Position numbers and translations under genes: made by a program
The notes under the pieces: model-generated
Told to the model about the DNA's origin: nothing
What the model saw: only the letters and a program-made list of their open reading frames with translations
The model's database searches: none
Virus record (IMG/VR): IMGVR_UViG_3300021178_000002
Coordinates: 3,830 to 67,829 of that record
DNA from: a virus
Direction: 5' to 3' (one strand)
DNA: 64,000 bases
Shown: positions 17,227 to 27,431 of the stretch, piece after piece
Position numbering within the stretch: position 1 is the stretch's first letter
Layout: every line of letters starts with the position of its first letter

Positions 17227-18228
17227 ATGTCAGTTCCCTACACTCCAATCCCGTTTTCCATCCCGGTTCCGGTCAACCCGACCTACGGTGGTGTCCTCGG
17301 TGACATCATTCCGTACATCTCACCGAGCGCTTATCGATCCGAGCCAACCTCGATGTCGACCAACGACCTGATCCCGTCGAGTCAGACCGCTCCCTCGAAC
17401 GCAGCTGCTCAGGAACAAGCATTGGTCGACACGTTGCGTCGCTCCTCAGAGTGGACCGACCGTATTTGCTTCGGAGCTGTCGCCTCCTCCAAGCGCACCG
17501 GTCTACGCGCGTCGATCAACGTCGAGGTCGACGAGGTTCCTGTCATCCGCGGTTATCTCAAGCTCTACTGCGACATCAAGCCGATCGCCGAGGTCAGAGG
17601 CGTCGACGTCGGCCTGGTCATGGGCTCACTGAACTCGATCGGATCGTCGCTAGCATCAGCCATCAGGATCGGCCGGCGCACGATCTACGTCCCGTTCTCG
17701 ATCCCCTTCCTGGCCTCCTCCTTCCGCAACTTCGGCATGGTTTTCCCGCCTGACAAGCTGGTCGTGGTCTGGTCCTATGTCGGAGGCTTCCCACACACAT
17801 CTCTGGCGGCCAATATCACGCACGGGACGAACACCGCCACCCTGACAGCCACTGACGGTGCAACAGGCCTGCTCGCCGTTTATCCGGGAACCTCGATGGA
17901 GATCGTCGATGGCGTCAACACCGAGTACTTCGTGGTGCAGTCGGTCAGCAACAACATCGTTACCGCAACAACCAACTTCGTCAACGACCACGCCATCCCT
18001 CAGGCTCCCGACTTCATCGCTGTGACCTCTGTTCCTCCAGGTGTTCGCTTGGCTACCACCTTCCTGTGTACTGCGCTTCTGAAAACCCGTGGAGACTCAA
18101 GCATCGCACTCGAGAACATCACTTCACCGAAGGTGATTCAAAAGGTCGCCGGCGACGTCTGGGTAGACATCCAGATGGCCAAAGACATGCTCAAGCCCTA
18201 CATGAGCCGTGTTAAGAAACCAAGATGA
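17227..18228 (+). CDS. head-tail adaptor
   Basis: PYIS...LRRSSEWTDRIC, WSYVGGF, VPPGVRLAT, AKDMLKPY pattern; position. Confidence 0.65.
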   Translation: MSVPYTPIPFSIPVPVNPTYGGVLGDIIPYISPSAYRSEPTSMSTNDLIPSSQTAPSNAAAQEQALVDTLRRSSEWTDRICFGAVASSKRTGLRASINVEVDEVPVIRGYLKLYCDIKPIAEVRGVDVGLVMGSLNSIGSSLASAIRIGRRTIYVPFSIPFLASSFRNFGMVFPPDKLVVVWSYVGGFPHTSLAANITHGTNTATLTATDGATGLLAVYPGTSMEIVDGVNTEYFVVQSVSNNIVTATTNFVNDHAIPQAPDFIAVTSVPPGVRLATTFLCTALLKTRGDSSIALENITSPKVIQKVAGDVWVDIQMAKDMLKPYMSRVKKPR

Positions 18229-18731
18229 GCCGCACAGCGGTCAGAGCTTCGATTCAGGCATATCTGTCGAATGCGAACATCAAATTTCTGGGCACAGTCT
18301 TCGCTCACGCACCGAAGTGGACAAACGAGACCGACTTCGTGGCCAACGGCTATCCTGGCCAGGGTTCAGGCGTCGTTATCTACGTCCACCTGCGTCATCA
18401 ATCGGAGTATCGCTTCGCTCTTGGAGGAGCGACCAGCGGCATGAAGATGCGGGCGTACAAGTGCAACCTGATCTGTCTGATGAACTCCAAGAAGACGAGC
18501 GCGGAAGAGTGCGATGCCGACAACGACACCTTCCTCGACTCGCTGACAGCCGCCATTCAGGCCAATCGCAACGCCGGCAACCCGGCGGCCGTATTTCAGT
18601 GGGGGGAGGGGGATACTCTCTACGGTGTGGACGTCATCATCGATTCCCGGTTTCCACAGCCGATCAGACAGCAGTCAATGCGTCAGTTCAGCTTGGCCGA
18701 GGTGGCCGTGCTCGAGCAGATGAACACATAG
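18225..18731 (+). CDS. tail completion/terminator-like protein
   Basis: size and position before the tail tube gene; ATGA overlap. Confidence 0.55.
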   Translation: MSRTAVRASIQAYLSNANIKFLGTVFAHAPKWTNETDFVANGYPGQGSGVVIYVHLRHQSEYRFALGGATSGMKMRAYKCNLICLMNSKKTSAEECDADNDTFLDSLTAAIQANRNAGNPAAVFQWGEGDTLYGVDVIIDSRFPQPIRQQSMRQFSLAEVAVLEQMNT

Positions 18732-18741
18732 GAGCGATGCG

Positions 18742-19011
18742 ATGACAGACGTTCGAAAGACCATGACCAACACCGGTTTTCATACACGCCGCTGGGATAG
18801 CTTGCAACGCCTCGAGGACAGGCTCGACAAGGACGGCCAGACAACCCAGCTGGCTGGAACAACGCTCGAGCTGGATCCCGGGGAGTCCGCTCTGGTCTCC
18901 GTTCCTGCAGATTTTGAGGACGGATGGCTGAAAGAGGGTAAAGTGGTGGCGCCTAAGAAGGGTGACTCCAAGAAGGAGTCTGCCTCGTCAGAGTCGACGA
19001 AAGAGGTTTGA
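18742..19011 (+). CDS. hypothetical protein
   Basis: GGAG RBS; 89 aa before the tail tube gene. Confidence 0.6.
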   Translation: MTDVRKTMTNTGFHTRRWDSLQRLEDRLDKDGQTTQLAGTTLELDPGESALVSVPADFEDGWLKEGKVVAPKKGDSKKESASSESTKEV

Positions 19012-20279
19012 GCGCGATGAATCGACCGGTCGCCCCGCTCCACGGTTGGGACTCTCGCTTCCACCTTGCCGTCATCGACGGAGAAGTCCGCCGCGTCCCA
19101 CGCATCGCCGGCGGAGTCAACACCGCCTACGCAACGCCTCAGACCACCATCGGCCTTATTCCCGAGGTTACCCGCGGGGTGCCACTCGCCCCGACGTACT
19201 GGTTCAAGGTCAAAGCTCCGAAGTACAAGCCTGACCTGACCATGATCGAGGACGACACCCTGCAGGGCTCAATGGTCAAGGTCTACGAGACCATCCCCGG
19301 GCTCCGCTACGACGCTCACGCATGGGACTCCTTCCTCTACATGGACGTGATGCCTCTGCTGGCCAAGTTCGAGCTTGGCTCATCGGACACGGTGACGGCG
19401 GCCACCGCGTCGACCACTATGAGCGCAGCTGCCGCAGGTGCTACAGCAGTCACCTTCGCAGTCTCGATCGCGGCCGGCGCCTTCATCGTCATCGACACAG
19501 GTGGCCTCCTCGAGGCGAACTACGTCAAGACCGGTGGCACATCAGCCACGCTCCAGTTCCCGCTCAACTACGCTCACGGTGCTGCCACAACTGTCACCGT
19601 GCTGACGGGACACTCATTCTCGCTGCTCAACAACGCCGGCTCGTCCGGCAACCAGCCGACGTCGGCCACCATCACCGACTTCGACGGTGAAGAGTGGAGG
19701 CAGCTGGCAGCAGCGCAGCTCGACAAGCTCTCGATCAAGGGCAATGCGACCGGGCTGGCCGACTACTCGAGCACCTGGTTCGCCAACCCGTCGATCACGC
19801 CCTCACCGCCGACTCCTGGCTTCACCGTGCTTGATGCGGCCGCCGGATGGACGGCGATGATCCAGATCGGTGGAGTCTCGAAGAACTACGTCATGGACTG
19901 GGAGATCGACCTGGCTCGCAATGTGAAGCCAGTTCCGGCATTGACTGGGACGCAGAGCTACTTCCTCTACTTCGCCGACGCTCTGACCTGCCCCGGAAAG
20001 CTCACCGTGATCGAGCAGTCAGGAGCCCCCGAGCTGACCCAGTACGAAGCTGGTGCGGCGTTCGCGCTCGACATCTTCGTCTACGACAAGCAGTCGGGTG
20101 ATGCCATGTACATCCACTCCTCGAAGTGCCGCTTCAAGACAGGCGAGATCGACCGCTCGAAGACGTGGGTCGAGGCCCCTCTCACGCTCGATCTGCTGCC
20201 CACATCGACAGACGCCGGCGCCGGAGGTGTGTCTCCTCTTTCGATGAAGTTTGGAAACACGCAGACTACGGCGTACTAA
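19008..20279 (+). CDS. major tail tube protein
   Basis: IGLIPEVTRGVP start, DDTLQGS, HSFS, beta-rich; upstream of chaperone and tape measure. Confidence 0.75.
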   Translation: MSAMNRPVAPLHGWDSRFHLAVIDGEVRRVPRIAGGVNTAYATPQTTIGLIPEVTRGVPLAPTYWFKVKAPKYKPDLTMIEDDTLQGSMVKVYETIPGLRYDAHAWDSFLYMDVMPLLAKFELGSSDTVTAATASTTMSAAAAGATAVTFAVSIAAGAFIVIDTGGLLEANYVKTGGTSATLQFPLNYAHGAATTVTVLTGHSFSLLNNAGSSGNQPTSATITDFDGEEWRQLAAAQLDKLSIKGNATGLADYSSTWFANPSITPSPPTPGFTVLDAAAGWTAMIQIGGVSKNYVMDWEIDLARNVKPVPALTGTQSYFLYFADALTCPGKLTVIEQSGAPELTQYEAGAAFALDIFVYDKQSGDAMYIHSSKCRFKTGEIDRSKTWVEAPLTLDLLPTSTDAGAGGVSPLSMKFGNTQTTAY

Positions 20280-20311
20280 GTTTCTCGCCGACAACCAAAT
20301 AGGAGGACAAA

Positions 20312-20896
20312 ATGCGGACGATTGAAATTCCTGGTGGTATCGCGAAGATCAAGGATCAGAAGGATCTGCGAGGTCGCGATACCAAGCTGATCAAGGCCTA
20401 CGCTCTGGCAGCCCAGAGCGTCTTGATGAAAATCCCCGACGAAGCTCAACCTCAGACAGGGGAGTCGAAAGAGGACGCCGGTAAGCGCCTCGAGGTGTAC
20501 CTGAAGGAGCACCCTCTCCAGATGACCGGCCAGGAAGGGATGTTGATGCTCGATATGAAAGAGGCGACGATGGTTGCCTACCTGGCATCGTGGACGCTCG
20601 ACATCCCGTTGCCGACGATGGATACAATCGGAGACCTTCCCGACGAGGTCTACCAGGCGCTCGACGATGCAGTCGGTGGAGACGCGATCAAGGTGGCTGC
20701 GGCCAGCGTCGACTTCGACGTCAACCCTGACAAGAGTTCCCCTACTGGGCCCTCGAAATCCTCAGACTCCACATCGAGGGCAGAGGTCTCCCAGGATCAG
20801 GAGTCGATCCAGAAATCGGAGAACGGTACAGATCCTTCAGCTGGCGAAAGATATTCGGTCGAACCGAAGCCGACTATGACGACACCCATTCAATAA
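20312..20896 (+). CDS. tail assembly chaperone
   Basis: AGGAGG RBS; SWTLDIPLP...LPDEVYQAL; position. Confidence 0.7.
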   Translation: MRTIEIPGGIAKIKDQKDLRGRDTKLIKAYALAAQSVLMKIPDEAQPQTGESKEDAGKRLEVYLKEHPLQMTGQEGMLMLDMKEATMVAYLASWTLDIPLPTMDTIGDLPDEVYQALDDAVGGDAIKVAAASVDFDVNPDKSSPTGPSKSSDSTSRAEVSQDQESIQKSENGTDPSAGERYSVEPKPTMTTPIQ

Positions 20897-20973
20897 CCGT
20901 CGACTGGGATCTCGGCTTCGCCAACATGGAGGCCAAGATCCAGAAGGAAGCGATGGAAAAGGGGTCAAAATAG
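20731..20973 (+). CDS. -1 frame extension of the tail assembly chaperone (no own start)
   Basis: 80 open codons (QEFPYWALEILRLHIEG...MEKGSK) overlapping the chaperone 3' end and filling the gap to 20982. Confidence 0.6.
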   Translation, partial: QEFPYWALEILRLHIEGRGLPGSGVDPEIGERYRSFSWRKIFGRTEADYDDTHSITVDWDLGFANMEAKIQKEAMEKGSK

Positions 20974-20981
20974 GCCGTGAC

Positions 20982-21449
20982 ATGCCGATCGACGTCCGAG
21001 CTGCCCAGGACGCTCTCGACCGCCTGATCGACGCGCTTCCAGCGTCGGCAGCTCGTGTCTCGAGCGAGATGGGACAGCGCGCACAGCGAGAGACCCGCGG
21101 CAACCTTGCCGATCCGCTAGGACCATTGGCGGATTCGGTTCGAGCTGAAGGCCCCGATCAGATCGGCACCTTCGCCTTTCGAACCAAGGTGGGGCCGACA
21201 CTGAACTACGGCCGGCAGAGAGAACTCGGCGGACCGATCGACCCTGTCACCGAGACGGTTCTCACGGCTGCCCGCCGCGCTCCCGGATACTGGGTGTGGG
21301 ACTACGGGAGCGGTCTTGTCGATGTCTTCGCGCATCACGTCGACCAGGTTGGCCAGCACTATCTGAAGAGGGGCGTAGAGAGTTCGTTCACCGCATTCGT
21401 AGGCATCGCTCGTAGGGTCTGGGGTGATCTGATGAGGGTCGCCGAGTAG
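20982..21449 (+). CDS. HK97 gp10-like neck/tail protein
   Basis: LADSV...VGPTLNYGRQRELGG...HYLKRG. Confidence 0.65.
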   Translation: MPIDVRAAQDALDRLIDALPASAARVSSEMGQRAQRETRGNLADPLGPLADSVRAEGPDQIGTFAFRTKVGPTLNYGRQRELGGPIDPVTETVLTAARRAPGYWVWDYGSGLVDVFAHHVDQVGQHYLKRGVESSFTAFVGIARRVWGDLMRVAE

Positions 21450-24043
21450 TGGCCGAGACAGGAGGGACATACCTCCCGCCAGTTATTGCCTCGCTGATCG
21501 GAGAGGTCGGTGGGCTGGCTAAGTCTCTGGTCGAGGCCAAGGCCCTGCTCGAGGACTTCTCGAAGACACCGACCACGGCCGAGCTGGCTGTCGAACTCTC
21601 CTCTCTTGCTCAGCTCGAATTCGACTTCATGAAGGATGTTGCAGCTCTGCGGATAGCTGCGCAGGCTAGTCCGGTCGAGGTCCCTGTGACCATCAGTACG
21701 GCCTCAGCCATCGCCTCCTTCTTCAGGGTGAAGGCAATCTGGGCCGCTCTGGGATCCATTAGTGGTGGCGGAAACGCCGGAGGACTTGGCACCGCCGCAG
21801 GATTCGGTGCCGGCACCGCGATCCCATTCACGGGTTTAGCTCTTGCGAGATTCGGGTCTCTCGCTGGTCTGGCCGGCTTCGGCCTCGAGCGTGTCCTCAC
21901 GCTTGCACTCGGGCTGATTGCCTCACTCACAGAGGCGTTCTTGGGACTTGGAGTAATAGCTGCCGGAACCTTCGCCACGATGGCCGTTGGCATGGGCTCG
22001 GACATGGTCGTGATGTCCTCGACCATCGCCGACACGAAGACGCTCTTTACGGCCTGGCAAGCGGTACAGCAGGCGGTCCTGCTTTACGGGGCCAACAGCC
22101 AGCAGGCACAGGCTGCTACGACGAACCTGAACAACCAGCTGAAGATCCTGGGTAACACCGCCGGTGTCCAGGCTGAGCTGGGGGTGGCCAAGCTCGCATA
22201 CACCGTCGGTCAGCAATTCGATCAAGCGACGTCGCAGGCGCGTGTTCAAGCTGCCGGCTTACTGACGCAGATCCTCTATCTGGGGCAAACCTATATCCCG
22301 CTGGTCGCAGCTGCAGCTCAGCGCAACCTGAGCATCATCAACACGGCGTTGGTGCCACTGTTCACATGGCTGAAGGGTCCGCAGGGAATGGGCATCTTCA
22401 ACGACCTCGAGAACAAGTTCGCCAAGGATCTGCCCACCGCGATGGACGCCTTCGATCAGGGGATGGAGTTCCTGCTCAGATTCCTCGATCTGGCCTCCAA
22501 CTACACAGGCGGGTTTATTCAAAGTTTGGACCGGCTGTTCACCTACCTCAACTCTCCGCAGGGCTGGGCTCGCGTGAAGAAGGATGTGGGAGACGTCGTC
22601 AAGGTCTTCGAGATCTGGAAGGGATTCTTCGTCATCCTGTTCAAGGATCTCGCGCTCCTCTTCGGCCAGGCTGTCGGAGTTGGAACGACCATGGCATCGA
22701 TGTTGACCGGAATCCTGACCAAGCTCCATGACTACCTGTCTTCAACCTCGGGGAAGAACGCGGTCGGTAGCCTGTTCAATGCGCACAAGAACGAGATCGT
22801 AGCCATCCTCAATCTGCTGCCTCAGCTGGCTCCTATGCTCTCGATTTACCTGGCGTTGGCGGTTCCTTTGACAACCATCGCTACTGATGTAATCAAGCTC
22901 CTCAACTTCATGCTTAGCATCCCAACGGTCGGGCCAGCCATCGCCTGGGGACTGGCTCTGATCATCATCGTGAGGCAGCTGCAGCTAATCGCACTCCTCA
23001 CCGGCTTGGCAGCGCTAATCCGAGGCATCGGCCTTTCGATCCTGCTGGCTGGAGCCATCGCCTCAGGAAATGCCCCGGCGTTTGGTCGTCTTTCAGCAGC
23101 CCTCTTCGGAGTCGATGCTGCAACAGCAGCTGCGGCCCTTCCGCTCATCATGATCGGCCTCTTGCTTATTGCGACTGGAGTTCTCGTCTACCTTCTGGTC
23201 AGTCACTGGAAGGAGCTGAGTTCTACGGTGGGAGGCATCATGAGCCTGCTCGGGACACTGTTCCACAACGCAATCGGGCAGTGGGGCGGTGTCTTCAGCG
23301 AGCTGGGAATGATCGTTCAGGCGATCGGGAAGAAGTTCACTACAGCCTTCACCACATGGGGAGATGTCTTCTCCCTACTCGGTACTGCCATCCACACGAT
23401 CGCTGGGAAAATCACGACCACCTTCACCACCGCCTTCGCAACCTGGGGTGCAATCTTCAGCTTGCTGGGCACAGCCGTCAACCTCATCGGCGTGAAGATC
23501 AGCACTGCATTCAACAACATGATCGCCACGGTCAAGGCAACCATCGGACAGTGGTACTCGATTGGCGACGGCATCGTCACCGGAGTCATCAACGGCATAA
23601 ACAACAAGCTGACGTGGGCAAGGAATCAGATCGGCAACTTCTTCAACTCACTTCTCGGTGCGGCTAAACGGGCAATCGGGTATGGATCGCCAGCGAGGGT
23701 GTACACAGAGTTGGCTGCGACCATCCCTCAGGGTGTTGCACAGGGCATCAACCAAAACTCCTCTGCCGCTTTGACGGCTCTATCGTCGATGTTCAACCAA
23801 ATGCAGAACCACAGCCGCATGCTGGCTGGCGCAGGTGGTTATGGGACGATGGCGTTTTCCGGCGCTGGAGGCGGTGGGAGGGGTCCCGTGAGTGTCAACA
23901 TGCCGATCACCGTTCAGGTCAGCGGAGCGCAGGCGTCTACTCCCCTTGGAATCGGTGGCGCCGTTCAGAAAGCCGTCCACCAGGAGGTCGACCGCATGAT
24001 CCAGCTCCTGCAGGGCGGCATCTATTCCAACCCAGGCGCATGA
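21449..24043 (+). CDS. tape measure protein
   Basis: 864 aa, YLPPVIASLIG start, hydrophobic helices, W/F repeats, IGYGSPARV motif. Confidence 0.85.
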   Translation: MAETGGTYLPPVIASLIGEVGGLAKSLVEAKALLEDFSKTPTTAELAVELSSLAQLEFDFMKDVAALRIAAQASPVEVPVTISTASAIASFFRVKAIWAALGSISGGGNAGGLGTAAGFGAGTAIPFTGLALARFGSLAGLAGFGLERVLTLALGLIASLTEAFLGLGVIAAGTFATMAVGMGSDMVVMSSTIADTKTLFTAWQAVQQAVLLYGANSQQAQAATTNLNNQLKILGNTAGVQAELGVAKLAYTVGQQFDQATSQARVQAAGLLTQILYLGQTYIPLVAAAAQRNLSIINTALVPLFTWLKGPQGMGIFNDLENKFAKDLPTAMDAFDQGMEFLLRFLDLASNYTGGFIQSLDRLFTYLNSPQGWARVKKDVGDVVKVFEIWKGFFVILFKDLALLFGQAVGVGTTMASMLTGILTKLHDYLSSTSGKNAVGSLFNAHKNEIVAILNLLPQLAPMLSIYLALAVPLTTIATDVIKLLNFMLSIPTVGPAIAWGLALIIIVRQLQLIALLTGLAALIRGIGLSILLAGAIASGNAPAFGRLSAALFGVDAATAAAALPLIMIGLLLIATGVLVYLLVSHWKELSSTVGGIMSLLGTLFHNAIGQWGGVFSELGMIVQAIGKKFTTAFTTWGDVFSLLGTAIHTIAGKITTTFTTAFATWGAIFSLLGTAVNLIGVKISTAFNNMIATVKATIGQWYSIGDGIVTGVINGINNKLTWARNQIGNFFNSLLGAAKRAIGYGSPARVYTELAATIPQGVAQGINQNSSAALTALSSMFNQMQNHSRMLAGAGGYGTMAFSGAGGGGRGPVSVNMPITVQVSGAQASTPLGIGGAVQKAVHQEVDRMIQLLQGGIYSNPGA

Positions 24044-24423
24044 TCGAAGACCTGAAGCAGAACCCGACCTACCGGCTGACGTGCCCGTGGTGTAACGGCG
24101 TGCTCTATCCGATCGCCTTTACTCCCGAGTCGGCGCCGTGGGTCTGCGTCATCTGCAGCCACGCCTGGTGGGCTGCGGAGCTGAGCGAGACGGCACGCAA
24201 GCAGTTCCGCCCGTCCTTCTGCGACTTCGGCTGGGGAGCTGCTCTCGAGCCGCTGCAGGCGTTGGTGGAGCAGGAGCGCGAGGCGGCTCGAGCCCGCGGC
24301 ACTTCTGTCCGCTCCGATCAGCTCCAGTCGTTGCCGCTCTCCATCCTGCAGCGGCTGCCTGGGCCAACGACAGAAGGATTCGGAGAGCTGCTCAAGCTCG
24401 AGATCACACGTAAGGGCGGCTGA
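24040..24423 (+). CDS. zinc-ribbon protein
   Basis: CPWC...CVIC; coupled on both sides. Confidence 0.65.
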   Translation: MIEDLKQNPTYRLTCPWCNGVLYPIAFTPESAPWVCVICSHAWWAAELSETARKQFRPSFCDFGWGAALEPLQALVEQEREAARARGTSVRSDQLQSLPLSILQRLPGPTTEGFGELLKLEITRKGG

Positions 24424-27400
24424 TGGCGACTCTCGGCTCTACACCGTCGTTCAACAACTACTACTTTTCAGACTCCGGCACAAGCTGCGGAACCGCTCCC
24501 GATCAGGTCGGGTCACCAAGCTATTTCATGCCATCAGCAGGGTGGGTCACCAGCATCGTCTTCTATGCATCCGGAGACGTTGGAACCACAACGCTGACCG
24601 GAGTGTGCTGGGACAGGAACACCAACGCTGTCCTGGGGAATGGCTCTGGCGTCAGCTGCGGTACGGGAGCACGGTCCTCGAGCGGCCAAGTATGGCGTAC
24701 TGACAACTGCGGATTCTTCCTCCCCAACGGCCAGGGGTTCCAGATCGGCTGGGTGAAACCAACCGGTGGAAGCATGGTCTGGGCGACGAACGGATCTGGA
24801 GGCGGCAACTGGGGATACAACGGCACCGTCCCCGGAGCATTCGTCAACTGCGCCACCATCGGTCAGCCAGGGGCCTACATCAACTACAACCCAATCTCCA
24901 ACCCGAGCGCGACCACCAATGCTGCTACGAGTGTCGGCTCGACTACAGCCACCCTCAACGGAACCGTCGGTGACGGTGGTCAGAACGGCTCCGGTGACCC
25001 CAACAGCTCGGACTACTACTTCCAGTACGGCACCGACCCGGGATTGGCCGGAGCGACCAGCACCTCACCGGTCACCTTCAACGGCACCGGTCAAGCCGCC
25101 ATAGCCAACATCACGGGCTTGGTCATCAACACCACGTATTACTTCCGCGTCATCGCTGTCAACGACGCCGGCACCACCATCGCCAGCAGCATCCTGAGCT
25201 TCGCCACGTTGGGACTCCCTAATGCCCCCACGTTGACTGCACCAGCCAACGGCAACGCGCAGAACGCGCAGTCAGCCAGCGTGACCTTCGCCTGGACCTA
25301 TAACACAGGAGGGGCCGGTGGAGGCGAGACGTTCTATGCGCTCAAGCTGACAACAGGCGGTGTCGACTCCTGGTGGAACGGCACCACGCTTCAAGGAACC
25401 GAGATCTACGTTGCGGAGGCGACGACCAAGACGATTGCGGCCGCCATCCTGGCCCCCTCGGTGACCTATCTTTGGACGGTGTCGAGTCAGGACGCCAACG
25501 GAAAGGGTCCCTACGCCTCTGTCTTCACACTGATCTCAGAGGGTCCCCCGGCTGCGCCCACACTGCAGGCTCCAACCAGCGGGACGTATGTGGACATGGC
25601 CGGAGCCACGCCGACCTTCAGCTGGTTGTACAACCCGGGGAACGCCGTAGGCGGCCAGACCAACTTCGCCATCCGACAGAAGATCGCCGGCGCCGGTTCC
25701 TACTCGTATTACAACGTCGGCACATCCTCGTGGCAGGGCACCATCGTCTGGAACGCACAGACAGGACAGAGCTTCACCTTTCCCTCCGGGAAGTGGATCG
25801 ACGGCAACACCTACAACTGGTCGGTGGCGACACAGGATGCAGGTGGCCAGGGAGCGTTCGCTTCTGACTTCACGGTCACAGCTCAGGCGATCCCTGTCGT
25901 CACTCCCATCAGTCCGAGCGGATCCATCGCAACTGCCAAGCCGGTGGTGACATGGTCGGCCACTTACGGCTCACCGGCTACCGAGACCGCTTACCAAGTA
26001 CGAACCTTCTCGGCTGCCCAGTACGGAGCTGGCGGCTTCAATCCGGCGACGTCGGCTGCCGCCGATGATTCTGGAGCTATTTCAAGTTCGAGCGCGACGA
26101 GCTATCAGGTTCAGAACCAACTCCCAGCCGGGACGAGCTACCGATCCTACATTCAGGTGGTGGAGACAGGATCTGAACCAAGCGGCTTCATCGCCTTTTC
26201 TGCGTACACGGTGACACTCGATCTTCCACCGACTCCGACTCTGACTGCTGTAGCCACCACGGATCCGACCACCGGATGTCCTCTGATCAAGCTCGCCGCC
26301 CAGTCGTTGATCAATATTCTCTCGTCGGTCGATGCCAGCTTCGAGAGTGGAATTGGATCTTTCGTGGGGACCAACGCTGCATTAGCACAGTCGGCAACGC
26401 AGGCCGAGGATGGAAGCTTCTCGCTTCGTCTCACCGCGTCATCGGCTGCCACGATGTCTGCCTTGTCTGGCAGCTATGCAGTTCTTCCGTCCACTCAGTA
26501 CACGGCCGTGGCCGGATTCAGAGCCGGATCTACAGGACGAACGGTAACCGTAGGGATCACCTGGCTCACAGCAGCCCTGGCTGTCATCAGCACCTCAACA
26601 GGGACAGGAGTTGCTGATGTCACCACGGGCTGGACTCAGGTGTCAGTCACCGCCAGTTCACCGTCGAACGCGGCCTTTGCCGAGATCGTAGTTACCGTAA
26701 CTTCTCCGGCAAACACCGAGATCCACTACGTCGATCAAGTCGGTCTCTTTCCTGGTTCAGGGACAGTCTGGTCTGCCGGCGGATTCTCTGCCACCGCAGG
26801 AATTGTCATCCTTCGCTCCGACGGGGTCTATGTGAGAGGAGCGTCACCCGCCAACCCTGCCTCTCTCTCGAATGCTATTGCTCCAGACCAGGCTGTGGTC
26901 AACGACTACGAAATCACCCCGCTGGTTGCCTACACGTACCAAGCGTTGTTGCAGGCAACAGGGGCTCAGGGTCTTGTGCAGTCGACGTATTCCTCAGCTG
27001 TCGGAGCTTCGGTCTCGACGACCAAGTGGTGGGAACTCGATCCAACCAACCCATCGAGCGCTGTGGCGGCGCAGCCAATCGCATGGAATCCATCTATCAC
27101 CGAGCAGTCGGTCGCCCACCAAGTGCTGGGTCAAACGACCATGAACGTGATCTCCTCAGCGATGATGGCCACAGACATGACGGCATCCATGGAAGTCTTC
27201 GATGCTCCGACCTACGTCGGACTCATGGCACTGGCCACCTCACAGAAGACGATCTTCTTCTCCGACCCCTACGGTCTGAGCTACTACTTCAGGATCGCTC
27301 CAGGTCCCGGTGGGATGTCGAGCGGGATGGGCAACAAGGCACATGACACGCAGCTCCTCCCATCCACAGCAGCTGCTCCACACCGCACAGTCAACCTCAC

Positions 27401-27431
27401 CGGGATTGCCCAACCCAGACCGGCTGTCTGA
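24423..27431 (+). CDS. large minor tail protein (FnIII-like repeats, carbohydrate-binding-like domain)
   Basis: ITGLVINTTYYFRVIAVN, PNAPTLTAP repeats, ASFESG...GSFSLRL...YVDQV. Confidence 0.75.
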   Translation: MATLGSTPSFNNYYFSDSGTSCGTAPDQVGSPSYFMPSAGWVTSIVFYASGDVGTTTLTGVCWDRNTNAVLGNGSGVSCGTGARSSSGQVWRTDNCGFFLPNGQGFQIGWVKPTGGSMVWATNGSGGGNWGYNGTVPGAFVNCATIGQPGAYINYNPISNPSATTNAATSVGSTTATLNGTVGDGGQNGSGDPNSSDYYFQYGTDPGLAGATSTSPVTFNGTGQAAIANITGLVINTTYYFRVIAVNDAGTTIASSILSFATLGLPNAPTLTAPANGNAQNAQSASVTFAWTYNTGGAGGGETFYALKLTTGGVDSWWNGTTLQGTEIYVAEATTKTIAAAILAPSVTYLWTVSSQDANGKGPYASVFTLISEGPPAAPTLQAPTSGTYVDMAGATPTFSWLYNPGNAVGGQTNFAIRQKIAGAGSYSYYNVGTSSWQGTIVWNAQTGQSFTFPSGKWIDGNTYNWSVATQDAGGQGAFASDFTVTAQAIPVVTPISPSGSIATAKPVVTWSATYGSPATETAYQVRTFSAAQYGAGGFNPATSAAADDSGAISSSSATSYQVQNQLPAGTSYRSYIQVVETGSEPSGFIAFSAYTVTLDLPPTPTLTAVATTDPTTGCPLIKLAAQSLINILSSVDASFESGIGSFVGTNAALAQSATQAEDGSFSLRLTASSAATMSALSGSYAVLPSTQYTAVAGFRAGSTGRTVTVGITWLTAALAVISTSTGTGVADVTTGWTQVSVTASSPSNAAFAEIVVTVTSPANTEIHYVDQVGLFPGSGTVWSAGGFSATAGIVILRSDGVYVRGASPANPASLSNAIAPDQAVVNDYEITPLVAYTYQALLQATGAQGLVQSTYSSAVGASVSTTKWWELDPTNPSSAVAAQPIAWNPSITEQSVAHQVLGQTTMNVISSAMMATDMTASMEVFDAPTYVGLMALATSQKTIFFSDPYGLSYYFRIAPGPGGMSSGMGNKAHDTQLLPSTAAAPHRTVNLTGIAQPRPAV

